DNA from: Candidatus Cloacimonadales bacterium
GTDB taxonomy: Bacteria; Cloacimonadota; Cloacimonadia; Cloacimonadales; DAONDQ01
Direction: 5' to 3'
Assembly (NCBI GenBank): GCA_963662275.1
Contig: OY759316.1
Location: forward strand, 864,001 to 928,000
Length of the DNA: 64,000 bases
Positions 9,957 through 21,160 of the stretch are shown here, in pieces. Position 1 is the stretch's first letter. Every line of letters begins with the position of its first letter. The notes beneath the pieces are model-generated. The model was given only the letters and a program-made list of their open reading frames with translations, made no database searches and was not told the origin of the DNA. The position numbers and the translations under genes were made by a program.

Positions 9957-12900
9957 AACGAATAGTAATACTGGTTCTTTTAATTATGGTCTGCGTAGGC
10001 ATATCAGCAGAAATCTACCGTATTAATCCTGGTCAGAACAGTGTGAATCTGATCACATCAGATCAGCAGCATACACGCATTTCTTTTGACATATCTAACT
10101 TTGAATATCAGCCGGTTAAAATCGGTAATGACACTTACTATCAATTACAACTGGGCAAGGAAGCCAATTCCTATGAAAAAGGATATCCTGAAGTTCCGCA
10201 AATTCACAGGAACATCATCATTCCGAATAATGCCAAGATGTCTGTCAATTTATCAGAAAGCAACTTTATTGACATCCCTATGGCAGTGGCTCCTTCCAAG
10301 GGTGCAATTACACGTAATATTGATCCTCAGACTGTACCTTACTCTTTTTCTCCCATATATCAGAAGGCTGAATTTTATCCTTCGACAACAGCCGAACTCA
10401 GTTCTCCTTTTATTATGAGAGATTTTCGTGGAATTACAGTAACTGCCAGTCCTTTCATTTATTATCCAATGACTAAGACACTTCGTGTTTATACACATAT
10501 GGTATTGGATATTAAAGCGACTGGCGCAGATACAATGAATACTTTGAATCGAAGTTCCAATGAATATAGTAAGTATTTCGAAGAGATATATCGGAATCTA
10601 TTCATCAATTTTACACCAGATAGATATACTTTAGTAAATGACCGCGGTCGTATGATCGTCATTGCTCCAAGTAGTTATTTAACCACAGTTCAACCTTTCG
10701 TGAATTGGAAGAATCAGAAAGGGATAAAAACAACATTAGTCGATGTTGCATCCATTGGTTCGACCGCAGCTTTACTGAAAGCATATATTCAAACTCAATA
10801 TAATCTTGGTGATGGGCTTATCTTTGTTCAACTATGCGGTGATATTGGCCAAATACCTTCTTTTTCAGTTACTTATGGCGGTGCCTCTGGTGGTTCAGAT
10901 CCTACTTATTCTTTATTAGCAGGAAGTGACTACTATCCTGAAATTATGATCGGTCGTTTTTCTGCTGAAACAACAGCTCAACTACAAACCCAGGTGGATC
11001 GCTCCATTCAGTACGAACGTGATCTGACGACTTCTGCAACCTGGCTTCAAACGGCTGTTGGAATTGCCTCTGATGAAGGTGGCAGTGGTGGTGATGCAGG
11101 AGAGTCTGATGCCATTCATATGAATAATATTCGTACTCAACTTCTAAGCTATGGCTATACGACGGTTGATCAAACATACCAATCAACAGGTCCAACGACA
11201 GCTACTTTTGCTGCAAATGTGAATACAGGGCGGGGTTTCATAAATTATTGCGGTCATGGAAGTGATACAAGCTGGTGGTGGAATCCATCTGATTTCTTTG
11301 CAAATACGAATGTCACTGCATTGACTAATACTAATAAACTGCCTTTTATTTTCAGTGTTGCTTGTGTGAATGGTAACTTTACTACAACAACTTGTTTTGC
11401 TGAAGCATGGCTGAGAGCCACAAGCAGTAGTTTGCCCACAGGTGCAGTTGGTTTCTATGGAGCCAGTATTAATCAAGACTGGGCTTCTCCCATGTTAGCG
11501 GAAGACGAATTCACTGATCTCCTAACCGCAGGTACAAAAAACACACTTGGTGGTCTTTACTATAACTCGTCCTGTAAAATGATGGATAGCTATGGAGCTA
11601 CGAGTACCAGCAGTGGTGCCAATATGTTTCTTACCTGGAATATCTTTGGTGAACCTTCATTACAAATTCGTACGAAGACCCCATCTACAATGACCGTAAG
11701 CTATCCTGTCAGCATTCCTATCGGAACTAGCTCAATTACTGTATCCACAGGTATTACGGATGCGAAGGTTTGCCTTTCCTATGCCGGTACGATTTTGGGA
11801 ACCGGATATACAGCAAGTGGAGGTAATGTTACCTTGACTCTAACAGGTGTTCCTACCGTCCCATCTACTTTAACAATGACAGTAACTGCGTTCAATAAAG
11901 TGACTCATGTAGGTTCTGTTGCATTAGTTGCATCTTCTCCATATCCAGCTCCACAAACTTTAACTGCAACTGCCTTAAATAAACGTGTCATCTTGAATTG
12001 GGCAGTTCCATATTCAGGTACTCCTTCCAGTTATAAAGTATATCGTGGCGGAGAAGTCATTGTTTCTGGACTCACTGGATTAACCTACACGAACACCGAT
12101 TTAACAAACGGAACATCTTATTCATATTACGTTACTGCTGTTTATACTTCCCCAAGTGCTGGTGAATCAGAAGCCAGCAATACTGCCAGTGCTACACCGA
12201 TTGCTTCGATTCCAACAGGTTTGGCTGCCGTTGCTAAAAATGGAACAGTCAATCTGACTTGGACTGCACCGACACTCGAGACGCCCAATGGATACAATGT
12301 GTATCGGAATAGCGTGAAGATTACAGCGACACCTATTACGACAACGACATACAGCAGTACAGGCTTAACGAATGGGACTTCTTATACATTCTATGTAACT
12401 TCTGTGTTCACTACCCCGGCGACTGAATCCGCATCCAGCAATACTGTCAGTGCTACACCGATTGCAGCAGCACCAACTTCATTAGTTGCCACTGTTGGAA
12501 ATACTTTGGTCAGTTTGTCCTGGACAGCTCCGACCAGCGAAACCCCGAATGGATACAATGTATATCGGAATAGTGTAAAGATTACTGCAACTCCTATCAC
12601 AGTGTTAAATTACAGTGATACTAGTGTCATTAATAGTGTCACATATACATATTATGTGACTTCAGTGTTTAATACCCCAACAGCAGAATCTGCTTCCAGC
12701 AATACTGTGAGTGCTACTCCAAGTAATGCCACAATGGTGACAATTGGGACAAGCTCTTCAACGTCGAGACGTCCTTTAGCAAGTTATGATGGTTATGAGC
12801 GTACTGCAAATTTATTCACAGCGGCTGAAGTTGGTACGACCGGTAATATTCAAACCCTTTCCTGGTATCCTACAGTTACAACAACAACTGCAATTCCTGT

Positions 12901-14770
12901 TAAAATTTATTTGAAATTGACAACAAGCACTTCTCTTTCACCAGCAGGAACGTGGGCTTCAATAATCAGTGGTGCCACAACAGTATTTAACGGAACCATA
13001 ACAGGTACAACAGCAAATACCTGGAAGACTATTGACATAACAGATTTTGCATATACTGCCAATAATCTTATGATCATGGTAGAATGTAATTATGGTGGTA
13101 CAGGAAGTGGAACAGGTTCTTCTACAGGTGGAGCATTTAAGTATTCAACATCCGGTTCAAATATGGTAGAAAACTGGTTTCAAGATTCATCCGCTCCAAC
13201 TGGAAGTGGGACACTATCCACTAACAGACCTAATATTCAGATGTTAATTGGTTCTATTACTCCTATCTTCAGTATTAGCCCCACATCCTTGACATATAGT
13301 TCTACACAAATCAATACAACATCTACTTCCCAAATCCTGACAGTTTCCAATACAGGACAAGGTACACTGACAATCAATTCCACAGCAAAAATAGGGACAG
13401 ATGCAACCCAGTTTACTTTAACCGATCCCAATACTTATCCAAAGGCATTAACAGCAGGACAGAGTATGAGCGTAACAGTGGCATTTGCACCCACATCTGT
13501 CGGCGCAAAGACTGCTTCCATCCGCTTTACAGATACGACAACCCATGATGTAGCTTTAGCAGGAATAGGGACAGCTCCACCTCAAATTACTGTTAATCCA
13601 TCGTCACTATCCGCTTCTCTTATACCTGAAACTACTGGAAGCGAGCAAGTTACATTAGGCAATTCTGGTGGAGTATCATTGAGTTATTCGATAACCATCA
13701 GTTACTCTTCACGTTCAAATATTAAGAATGTAGTTAAGTTGTTGGAAAGAACCATGTCCTGGCTGAGTGTCAGTCCTCTTTCTGGTAGTATTGCCGGAAA
13801 TGGTTCAACACAGTTATCAATTAATTACAATTCAATCGGTTTAGCCTCTGGAACCTATGATGCTACAATCGTCATTACTTCCAATGATCCTGTTACTCCA
13901 ACAAAGAATATTCCTGTTCATTTGGTTGTACCGGTTGTCAATCATACGCCTACGATTACATTACCTGCATCATTCAGCTTTGATAAGAACGGATATTTAA
14001 ACCAGGATTTCAATGATTATGTAGCTGATGCAGATAATAATAGCTTTTCTCTCACATTTAGTGGAAACATGCATATCCATTTGGATATGAATGCCTTACA
14101 GGTTACTTTCACGGCTGATGCAGATTGGATAGGTACAGAGAGTATAACTTTCACAGTAGATGACGGATATCGGGCAATTGCTTCAGATAGCGTCGAAGTT
14201 ACCGTGAATCCAGTCAACATACCAAACTGGGTACCTGTCGTTTATCCGAACACCCAGGCTGTTATTTATACTTCAGTAACCATTGATAATGCTGCTGCTG
14301 AACCCGGTGATATCATTGCCGCTTTTGTGAATGGTGAATGCCGTGGTTCCGCTGTTCTAGAAGCCAGGCGTTCCACATCAGCAACATTGTTAGTCAATGT
14401 GGCAAATAATGGTGAGTTAGTAAGTTTTAAACTCTATGATCTATCCACAGATGAAGTGTTTGAAGCGACAAATACTGTTACTATCGACATTGGCGTAACT
14501 CTTGGAGCACCTAATAATGATATCCCTGTGGACATCGTTACTATAGTGGAAGCTCCTGCCAGTGTGCAGTTGCATCAAGTTGTTGCTAATTTTACTATGA
14601 GTTGGCCATCAGTTGCCAATGCCAATACATACCATGTTTATCGTTCAACGACACCAGGCGGTGATTATGTTGAAATAGCTACAGTACATACGAATTCTTT
14701 CAATGCAATTGATGCAACAGCGAGAATGTATTTCTATAAAGTAACTGCTGAAAAAGTCATCGCAAAATAG
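9953..14770 (+). CDS. Secreted C25 (gingipain-like) cysteine protease with 3x FN3 and accessory domains
   Basis: Propeptide (MRDFRG), GRFSAE, catalytic YCGHG and VACVNG, IFGEPS; AAGGAG SD. Confidence 0.9.
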   Translation: MKRIVILVLLIMVCVGISAEIYRINPGQNSVNLITSDQQHTRISFDISNFEYQPVKIGNDTYYQLQLGKEANSYEKGYPEVPQIHRNIIIPNNAKMSVNLSESNFIDIPMAVAPSKGAITRNIDPQTVPYSFSPIYQKAEFYPSTTAELSSPFIMRDFRGITVTASPFIYYPMTKTLRVYTHMVLDIKATGADTMNTLNRSSNEYSKYFEEIYRNLFINFTPDRYTLVNDRGRMIVIAPSSYLTTVQPFVNWKNQKGIKTTLVDVASIGSTAALLKAYIQTQYNLGDGLIFVQLCGDIGQIPSFSVTYGGASGGSDPTYSLLAGSDYYPEIMIGRFSAETTAQLQTQVDRSIQYERDLTTSATWLQTAVGIASDEGGSGGDAGESDAIHMNNIRTQLLSYGYTTVDQTYQSTGPTTATFAANVNTGRGFINYCGHGSDTSWWWNPSDFFANTNVTALTNTNKLPFIFSVACVNGNFTTTTCFAEAWLRATSSSLPTGAVGFYGASINQDWASPMLAEDEFTDLLTAGTKNTLGGLYYNSSCKMMDSYGATSTSSGANMFLTWNIFGEPSLQIRTKTPSTMTVSYPVSIPIGTSSITVSTGITDAKVCLSYAGTILGTGYTASGGNVTLTLTGVPTVPSTLTMTVTAFNKVTHVGSVALVASSPYPAPQTLTATALNKRVILNWAVPYSGTPSSYKVYRGGEVIVSGLTGLTYTNTDLTNGTSYSYYVTAVYTSPSAGESEASNTASATPIASIPTGLAAVAKNGTVNLTWTAPTLETPNGYNVYRNSVKITATPITTTTYSSTGLTNGTSYTFYVTSVFTTPATESASSNTVSATPIAAAPTSLVATVGNTLVSLSWTAPTSETPNGYNVYRNSVKITATPITVLNYSDTSVINSVTYTYYVTSVFNTPTAESASSNTVSATPSNATMVTIGTSSSTSRRPLASYDGYERTANLFTAAEVGTTGNIQTLSWYPTVTTTTAIPVKIYLKLTTSTSLSPAGTWASIISGATTVFNGTITGTTANTWKTIDITDFAYTANNLMIMVECNYGGTGSGTGSSTGGAFKYSTSGSNMVENWFQDSSAPTGSGTLSTNRPNIQMLIGSITPIFSISPTSLTYSSTQINTTSTSQILTVSNTGQGTLTINSTAKIGTDATQFTLTDPNTYPKALTAGQSMSVTVAFAPTSVGAKTASIRFTDTTTHDVALAGIGTAPPQITVNPSSLSASLIPETTGSEQVTLGNSGGVSLSYSITISYSSRSNIKNVVKLLERTMSWLSVSPLSGSIAGNGSTQLSINYNSIGLASGTYDATIVITSNDPVTPTKNIPVHLVVPVVNHTPTITLPASFSFDKNGYLNQDFNDYVADADNNSFSLTFSGNMHIHLDMNALQVTFTADADWIGTESITFTVDDGYRAIASDSVEVTVNPVNIPNWVPVVYPNTQAVIYTSVTIDNAAAEPGDIIAAFVNGECRGSAVLEARRSTSATLLVNVANNGELVSFKLYDLSTDEVFEATNTVTIDIGVTLGAPNNDIPVDIVTIVEAPASVQLHQVVANFTMSWPSVANANTYHVYRSTTPGGDYVEIATVHTNSFNAIDATARMYFYKVTAEKVIAK

Positions 14771-14782
14771 CGTTTATACTAT

Positions 14783-14812
14783 GCCAGGATCAGGCTTATA
14801 AAGTCTGATCCT
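14783..14812 (+). terminator. Degenerate copy of the 9760 terminator hairpin, U-tract lost
   Basis: aggatcaggct-tataa-agtctgatcct stem is retained but followed by tgtattta rather than poly-T. Confidence 0.45.
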
Positions 14813-14877
14813 TGTATTTAAGAATAAGCGATATATGGTTAGCTAAGAAAGTAATTAACTGGGATGGAAAAAAGAAA

Positions 14878-17800
14878 ATGAAATTAGTCCATATTATTCT
14901 GTTGCTCTTTCTATCAATACCCATTCTTATAGCTGCAAATCCAACATATATCAATCATGGAGAAAGATACTTTTCTTTTCAGATTAACGATAGATCGGAA
15001 ATTCAGAAGCTGACCCGTATGATTTCCATTGATAATGTTCAGGGTAAAACTGTGTATGCTTATGCAAATCAGAAAGAATGGGATGAATTCAACAAACTGC
15101 AATATACAATCACTCCCTTGTTCCATCCTGGTACTTTAATTGATATTGTACCGAGTAATGATCGTGATATATGGGCATTTGATACCTATCCTTCATATAC
15201 CCAATATGAAACTATGATGACTACTTTTGCTTCAACATATCCCAATCTCTGTCAAATCTATACATTAGGAACATTAGCTAGCGGCAGGAAGATCCTTTTT
15301 GCCCACATCTCCAGTAATGTTGCCACTCCTGCTGCGAAACCGGAAGTGGAATATACTTCTACCATGCATGGAGATGAAACGACTGGCTATGTAACTATGC
15401 TTCATCTCATCAATGAACTTTTAAGTAAATACGGGACGGATACGCGTATTACGAACATGGTGAATAATCTCGATATCTGGATCAATCCTTGTGCCAATCC
15501 CGATGGAACCTATGCTGGTGGAAACGCTTCTGTGAGCGGAGCGACAAGAGGAAATCATAATGGAGTGGATTTTAATCGTGATTTTCGTGATCCTATTTTG
15601 GGCTATTTTACAAATCAAGAACTGGAAACAACTTTGTTCGAGGCTTTTGCAGATACACATCACTTTGTTCAAGTTGCCAACTTCCATGGTGGAGCTGAGG
15701 TAGTTAATTATCCCTGGGATGATTGGACAAGTTCTACATATACACATCCTGATGCAGCCTGGTTTATTACTGAAAGCAAGGCATACGCTGATACCGCAAA
15801 AGCAGTATCTTCATTTTATCTGACAAGTGTAACAGCGAGTGGTTATACAGAAGGTGGAGATTGGTACACGATCAATGGTGGCAGACAGGATTATACTAAT
15901 TATTTTTCACATGGAAGAGAAGTCACGATTGAGCTATCCAATACAAAGATGCCAGCAGCTTCTACTATGCTCACATACTGGAATTATAATTATAAATCAC
16001 TTTTCAAATATCTGGAAAGACCTTATTATGCGATACGTGGAACTGTTACAAATTCACTTGGCATTGGCGTAGCAGCCACAGTTACAGTAAACAGCCATGA
16101 TGCGATGAACTCAGAAATGATAACCGATCCGGCATTTGGAGATTACTATCGAATGATTGCTCCCGGAACATGGAGTTTGACTTTTTCAGCGGACGGTTAC
16201 AGATCTCAGACTATAAATAATGTTGTTGTTGTCGCTGGGGCTCCAACAGTATTAAATATTGTGATGCAAAGTATAGTAGAATCACCAACGAATTTGCAGG
16301 CAGTTGCTGGCAATGCTTCTGTGCGTTTGACTTGGACTGCCCCCACCGGGACACCAGATGGATATAAAGTTTATCGTAACAGTATTCTGATTACTCCAAT
16401 ACCCATTTCAGTCCCAACATATACGGATAATACAGTTACAAATGGGACTTTATATACATATTATGTGACATCTATATATACAAGTCCTGCCGGAGAATCT
16501 TCGCCAAGCGGTAACGCTACTGCAACCCCCTATGCAGCCCCACCTTCGGGGCTAACTGCCTTAGCCAAGAACGGAGCTGTTACTTTAACTTGGATTGCTC
16601 CGGTAACAGGAACACCTTCAAGCTATAAGATTTATCGTGGTGGTGTTGCAGTTGTTTCAAATATTTCCAGTCTGACATATACAAATTCAGGACTTAGCAA
16701 TGGTTCTAATTATAGTTTCTATGTGACTGCCGTGTACACAATTCCTATAGGAAGTGAATCCTCAGGAAGCAATACTGTTAATTCAACTCCGATTGCAGCT
16801 CCTCCAACAGCTTTAACTTCAGTTGCGGGAAACAATCAAGTTAGTTTATCATGGATTGCACCAATTAACGAATCACCTGGTGGGTACAACATATTTAGGA
16901 ATAGCGTTAAGATCAATGAAACTCCAATTACTATCACTTCCTATATCGATACTAGTGTCATCAATGGTATCAATTATTCCTATTATATCACATCCGTGTT
17001 CACAACACCTGCTGCTGAATCAGCAGCCAGTAATTCAGTGAATGCTACACCCTATGCAACAACTGTAATTACAATTGGAACTGGAACAAACACCCAAGCT
17101 TATCCTATGGATCGAAATTATATATATTCTGCTTATGAATCAATCTATCTTCAGAGTGAGATAGGTACAACTGGTACATTATCCAAGATTGGATTCTATA
17201 AATCCAGTGGAACTGATGTGAATGCCATAACCAATGTAACCATATATATGATGCATACAGCAGCTTCTACTCTAGCGACAGGAAATTACTCAACCGCAGG
17301 TTATACACAGGTTTATTCTGGGAACTATACGAATGATGGCACAGCAGGTTGGATGGAAGTTACATTAACCAATCCCTTTGTCTATAATAATACTAGTAAC
17401 CTGCAAGTACTAATCATGAAAGGCAATCAAACGAATACTAGTAATTATCCGCTTTGGAGATATACAAGTACGTCCACGAATTACCGGACTAGGTTCAATC
17501 ATAGTAATTCATCAGCACCAACAAGTCTTTCCAGGTCTTATTATCGGGCTAATATTCGCTTTACGATCATTCTCCCTGTGCCAAATCCAGTTTATGTAAA
17601 TAACCAAACCAGTTTTGATTTCGGGACAGTAACAACTGGTCAGGACTCTGTTCGTTCTTTTACAATTTCCAATAGTGGTGGTGGCACATTATTCGGAAGC
17701 ATTACTACACCACCTGGTTATACGGTTGCTCAAGCAGCGCGTATAAACACTTCGGATGAAAGAAATACTATGACATATAGCGTTATTGCAGGTTCACCGG

Positions 17801-18126
17801 TAACTTTCAATGTGACCTTTGCCCCTACCCTTTCTCAGATATATTCAGGAAATATTAGTATTACCAGTAATGATTCATCACATTCTTCGAACATCATTTC
17901 CGTGATAGGGGTTGGTAGAACAGAGAGACCGACGGGCGTTACAATTATAACAAATTCCGGTAATAGTACTCTTACATGGAATTCAGTACCCTATGCGACC
18001 ACTTACCACGTTTATCGATCTTCTACTCCAAATGGAACTTACAACCGGATTGATACGGTGTATACCAATTCATATGAGATCACTGATACAACAAGGATAT
18101 ACTTCTATTATATCACAGCAGAATAA
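14878..18126 (+). CDS. Secreted M14 zinc carboxypeptidase with CarboxypepD-reg-like and 3x FN3 domains
   Basis: HGDE zinc motif, NPDG, NRDF, FHGG, TIELS; signal peptide begins at ATG 14878. Confidence 0.9.
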   Translation: MKLVHIILLLFLSIPILIAANPTYINHGERYFSFQINDRSEIQKLTRMISIDNVQGKTVYAYANQKEWDEFNKLQYTITPLFHPGTLIDIVPSNDRDIWAFDTYPSYTQYETMMTTFASTYPNLCQIYTLGTLASGRKILFAHISSNVATPAAKPEVEYTSTMHGDETTGYVTMLHLINELLSKYGTDTRITNMVNNLDIWINPCANPDGTYAGGNASVSGATRGNHNGVDFNRDFRDPILGYFTNQELETTLFEAFADTHHFVQVANFHGGAEVVNYPWDDWTSSTYTHPDAAWFITESKAYADTAKAVSSFYLTSVTASGYTEGGDWYTINGGRQDYTNYFSHGREVTIELSNTKMPAASTMLTYWNYNYKSLFKYLERPYYAIRGTVTNSLGIGVAATVTVNSHDAMNSEMITDPAFGDYYRMIAPGTWSLTFSADGYRSQTINNVVVVAGAPTVLNIVMQSIVESPTNLQAVAGNASVRLTWTAPTGTPDGYKVYRNSILITPIPISVPTYTDNTVTNGTLYTYYVTSIYTSPAGESSPSGNATATPYAAPPSGLTALAKNGAVTLTWIAPVTGTPSSYKIYRGGVAVVSNISSLTYTNSGLSNGSNYSFYVTAVYTIPIGSESSGSNTVNSTPIAAPPTALTSVAGNNQVSLSWIAPINESPGGYNIFRNSVKINETPITITSYIDTSVINGINYSYYITSVFTTPAAESAASNSVNATPYATTVITIGTGTNTQAYPMDRNYIYSAYESIYLQSEIGTTGTLSKIGFYKSSGTDVNAITNVTIYMMHTAASTLATGNYSTAGYTQVYSGNYTNDGTAGWMEVTLTNPFVYNNTSNLQVLIMKGNQTNTSNYPLWRYTSTSTNYRTRFNHSNSSAPTSLSRSYYRANIRFTIILPVPNPVYVNNQTSFDFGTVTTGQDSVRSFTISNSGGGTLFGSITTPPGYTVAQAARINTSDERNTMTYSVIAGSPVTFNVTFAPTLSQIYSGNISITSNDSSHSSNIISVIGVGRTERPTGVTIITNSGNSTLTWNSVPYATTYHVYRSSTPNGTYNRIDTVYTNSYEITDTTRIYFYYITAE

Positions 18127-18183
18127 TAAAGAAAAACTTTGAAATGCAAATGATAATGAAGCTGAACAGTCATTTGTTTTTTA

Positions 18184-18213
18184 TTGACAGGAATGAAAGT
18201 TGCGTATTAATAT
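18184..18213 (+). promoter_or_regulatory. Possible sigma70 promoter for the second M14 gene
   Basis: TTGACA-N18-TAATAT. Confidence 0.35.
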
Positions 18214-18242
18214 AAAAACAGGTCTATAAGGTGGGAAAAACT

Positions 18243-21080
18243 ATGTTCACAAAATTGCTTATGATGTTCTTGCTTCTATCTATCTCTTTGACTATGCTGT
18301 TTGCTGTTATGACCCCAGTATATGTTAACCATGGAGAGAGATATTTTTCGTTCCAGATAAGAGATAAGTCCGAACTTCAAACATTAACTCGGATGATTTC
18401 TATAGATAATGTGAAAGATAATACAGTATATGCATATGCCAATCAGAAAGAATGGGATATCTTCACTAAGTTATCCTATCAAATAACTCCATTGCTGCAT
18501 CCAGGAACGTTGATTGATGCGCAAATGAGCAGCAACGAGCGGGATATCTGGACATTTGATACATATCCTACTTACACCCAATATGAAACAATGATGACGA
18601 CTTTTGCATCTACATACCCAAATATATGTCAGATCTACGAACTGGGAACATTAGCCAGTGGCAGAAAAATTCTATTTGCGCATATTTCCAGCAATGTTGC
18701 TACCGCAGCCGCAAAGCCTGAAGTGATGTTTACTTCTTCAATACACGGTGATGAAACAACAGGTTATATATTGATGTTGCATTTTATTAATGATATTCTT
18801 TCAAAATATGGAACAGATAGTCGTGCAACAGCATTGATCAATAACCTGGATATTTGGATCAATCCATTGGCTAATCCTGATGGTACTTATGCTGGTGGTA
18901 ATTCATCAGTGAGTGGTTCAACACGTGGAAATCACAATGGTATTGATCTCAATCGTAATTTCCGTGATCCTACTTATGGTTATCCTACTACGACGGAATT
19001 GGAAACTACTTACTATCAGAATTTTGCAGATGCACATCATTTTATCCAGGTCGCCAATTTACATGGTGGTGCTGAAGTCTGCAATTATCCTTGGGATGGC
19101 TGGACTCGTCTTCATACTGATGATGCCTGGTTCCAGACAGAATGCCGTGCTTACGCAGACACAGTACATGCTGTAAATTCCAGTTATATGATTGATTATG
19201 AAAATGGTATTACAAATGGTGCAGCCTGGTATGTTGTGAATGGTGGACGGCAAGATTATACGACTTATTTTGCGCATGGAAGGGAAATAACCATCGAACT
19301 GTCTTCCACAAAGCTCTTACCAGCAGCTCAACTACAGACTCATTGGAATTATAATTACAAATCTTTTTATAAATATCTTGAACGCGCCAATTATGGCATT
19401 CGTGGAACTGTTGTAAATGATGCTGGTACAGGCATTGCAGCTACTATCACTGTTTCCGGACATGATGCTGATAATTCACAGATAATCACAGATCCAACAT
19501 TTGGTGATTATTATCGGATGATTGCACCTGGAACATATACACTTGTTTATTCAGCTACAGGCTACCAGACAAAAACGATCAGTAGTATTGCCGTTGCATC
19601 ATATACTTCGGTTGTATCTCGGAATATCATTATGGATGATTTGCATGCTCCATTGAACCTGGCTGCAACACCTGGCAACACAGTTGTGAATCTGTCGTGG
19701 TCAGCACCTTCTCCTGTTCCCTCAGGTGGGTATAAGGTTTATCGGAATGGTTCTTTGATTACAACTACTGCAATTAGTACAACTACTTATTCTGATACAA
19801 ATGTGACGAATGGCACGAGCTATTCTTACTATGTGAAAGCTCAGTATAATACTCCTGTTGAGGAATCTGCAGCTTCAAATACTGTGAATGCAACACCAAA
19901 TGTTTCAAATCCAACACAAACAATTAGCTTGGCGAATGGTTGGAATCTCATAAGTTTAGATGTTCATCCAACCAGCATGGCACCTGGAAGTATCTTTTCT
20001 ACTGTCATAGCCAATCTTCTCCAAGTAAAAAATCTGTCCCAAACATATGATCCGGCAATGCCATCTTATTTGAATACATTAAGTTCCTTATCAGATGGAC
20101 AGGGATACTGGGTACGGATGAGTTCTGCTGGAAGCTTAAGCTTAACTGCGCCTGCAGTAAATACCACATCAACTACAATTCATTTGAATACCGGTTGGAA
20201 TCTGATTGGCTTTGCACCACAAACTAGTCAAGCAACGAATACATCGCTTGCAAGTATCCTGAGTCATGTGCTTCAAGTAAAGAGCCTGACACAATCTTAT
20301 GATCCAAGCTTACCTTCCTATTTAAATACTTTAACGAATTTAGTACCAGGTAAAGGATATTGGGCAAAAGTTGATGCTTCCTGTGATCTTATTTATCCTA
20401 TAGCGAAAACAGGAAGTAATGGTTCTGTGATCGCAAATAATGAACAGCCTGTCCCTGAATGGCAGCCTGTTATTTATCCGAATAATTCAGCAACTCTTTA
20501 TGCGACGGTTGAAATAAATTGTCATTCTGCTGAACCGGGTGATATTGTCGCTGCTTTCATCAATAACGAATGCGTCGCTGCCAGTGAGATTCAAATTGCA
20601 AATAATTTAGCTTATGTGACTTTAGTTATCAATATGCCTACAGATTATGCTGATGCTAATTTCATGGTATATGATGCAAGCGCTGATCAAGTGATTGAAA
20701 TGACAAACACAGAATCTCTAATTGCTGGTGGTGTTTATGGAACGGATGGTCTTGTTGCATTGCAGACAGCCATTTGTTTAGCAACTGATCCTACTGCGAT
20801 AATTCCTGTTACCTTAGGTCAAAATTATCCAAATCCATTTAACCCAACCACTTCGATTTGTTATTCATTGAAAAACAAAGACTTTGTTGAATTGAAGATT
20901 TATAACATAAGAGGCAACCTCGTGAAGACACTTGTTGAAAAAAATGACAAACCAGGTTCTCATACTGTTACCTGGCATGGAACAGATGATAGAGGAAAAC
21001 CAGTTGGAAGCGGTATATACTTCTTTAAAATTAAATCCGGTTCTTTCTCCAGCACAAAGAAAATGATTTTAATTAAATAA
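18243..21080 (+). CDS. Secreted M14 carboxypeptidase with FN3 and a C-terminal FlgD-Ig/T9SS-type sorting domain
   Basis: HGDE, NRNF, LHGG, TIELS; C-terminus LGQNYPNPFNPTT.I.YSL...KIYNIRG.LVKTL...WHGTDD.GKPVGSGIYF. GTG 18231 is an alternative start. Confidence 0.9.
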   Translation: MFTKLLMMFLLLSISLTMLFAVMTPVYVNHGERYFSFQIRDKSELQTLTRMISIDNVKDNTVYAYANQKEWDIFTKLSYQITPLLHPGTLIDAQMSSNERDIWTFDTYPTYTQYETMMTTFASTYPNICQIYELGTLASGRKILFAHISSNVATAAAKPEVMFTSSIHGDETTGYILMLHFINDILSKYGTDSRATALINNLDIWINPLANPDGTYAGGNSSVSGSTRGNHNGIDLNRNFRDPTYGYPTTTELETTYYQNFADAHHFIQVANLHGGAEVCNYPWDGWTRLHTDDAWFQTECRAYADTVHAVNSSYMIDYENGITNGAAWYVVNGGRQDYTTYFAHGREITIELSSTKLLPAAQLQTHWNYNYKSFYKYLERANYGIRGTVVNDAGTGIAATITVSGHDADNSQIITDPTFGDYYRMIAPGTYTLVYSATGYQTKTISSIAVASYTSVVSRNIIMDDLHAPLNLAATPGNTVVNLSWSAPSPVPSGGYKVYRNGSLITTTAISTTTYSDTNVTNGTSYSYYVKAQYNTPVEESAASNTVNATPNVSNPTQTISLANGWNLISLDVHPTSMAPGSIFSTVIANLLQVKNLSQTYDPAMPSYLNTLSSLSDGQGYWVRMSSAGSLSLTAPAVNTTSTTIHLNTGWNLIGFAPQTSQATNTSLASILSHVLQVKSLTQSYDPSLPSYLNTLTNLVPGKGYWAKVDASCDLIYPIAKTGSNGSVIANNEQPVPEWQPVIYPNNSATLYATVEINCHSAEPGDIVAAFINNECVAASEIQIANNLAYVTLVINMPTDYADANFMVYDASADQVIEMTNTESLIAGGVYGTDGLVALQTAICLATDPTAIIPVTLGQNYPNPFNPTTSICYSLKNKDFVELKIYNIRGNLVKTLVEKNDKPGSHTVTWHGTDDRGKPVGSGIYFFKIKSGSFSSTKKMILIK

Positions 21081-21160
21081 TTTCCAGACAACTGTGTGTT
21101 TGTTTTTTCTTGATTGAAAAATTAAGAATTAGTATTTTGCAAACAATAGGAGAGCGAATT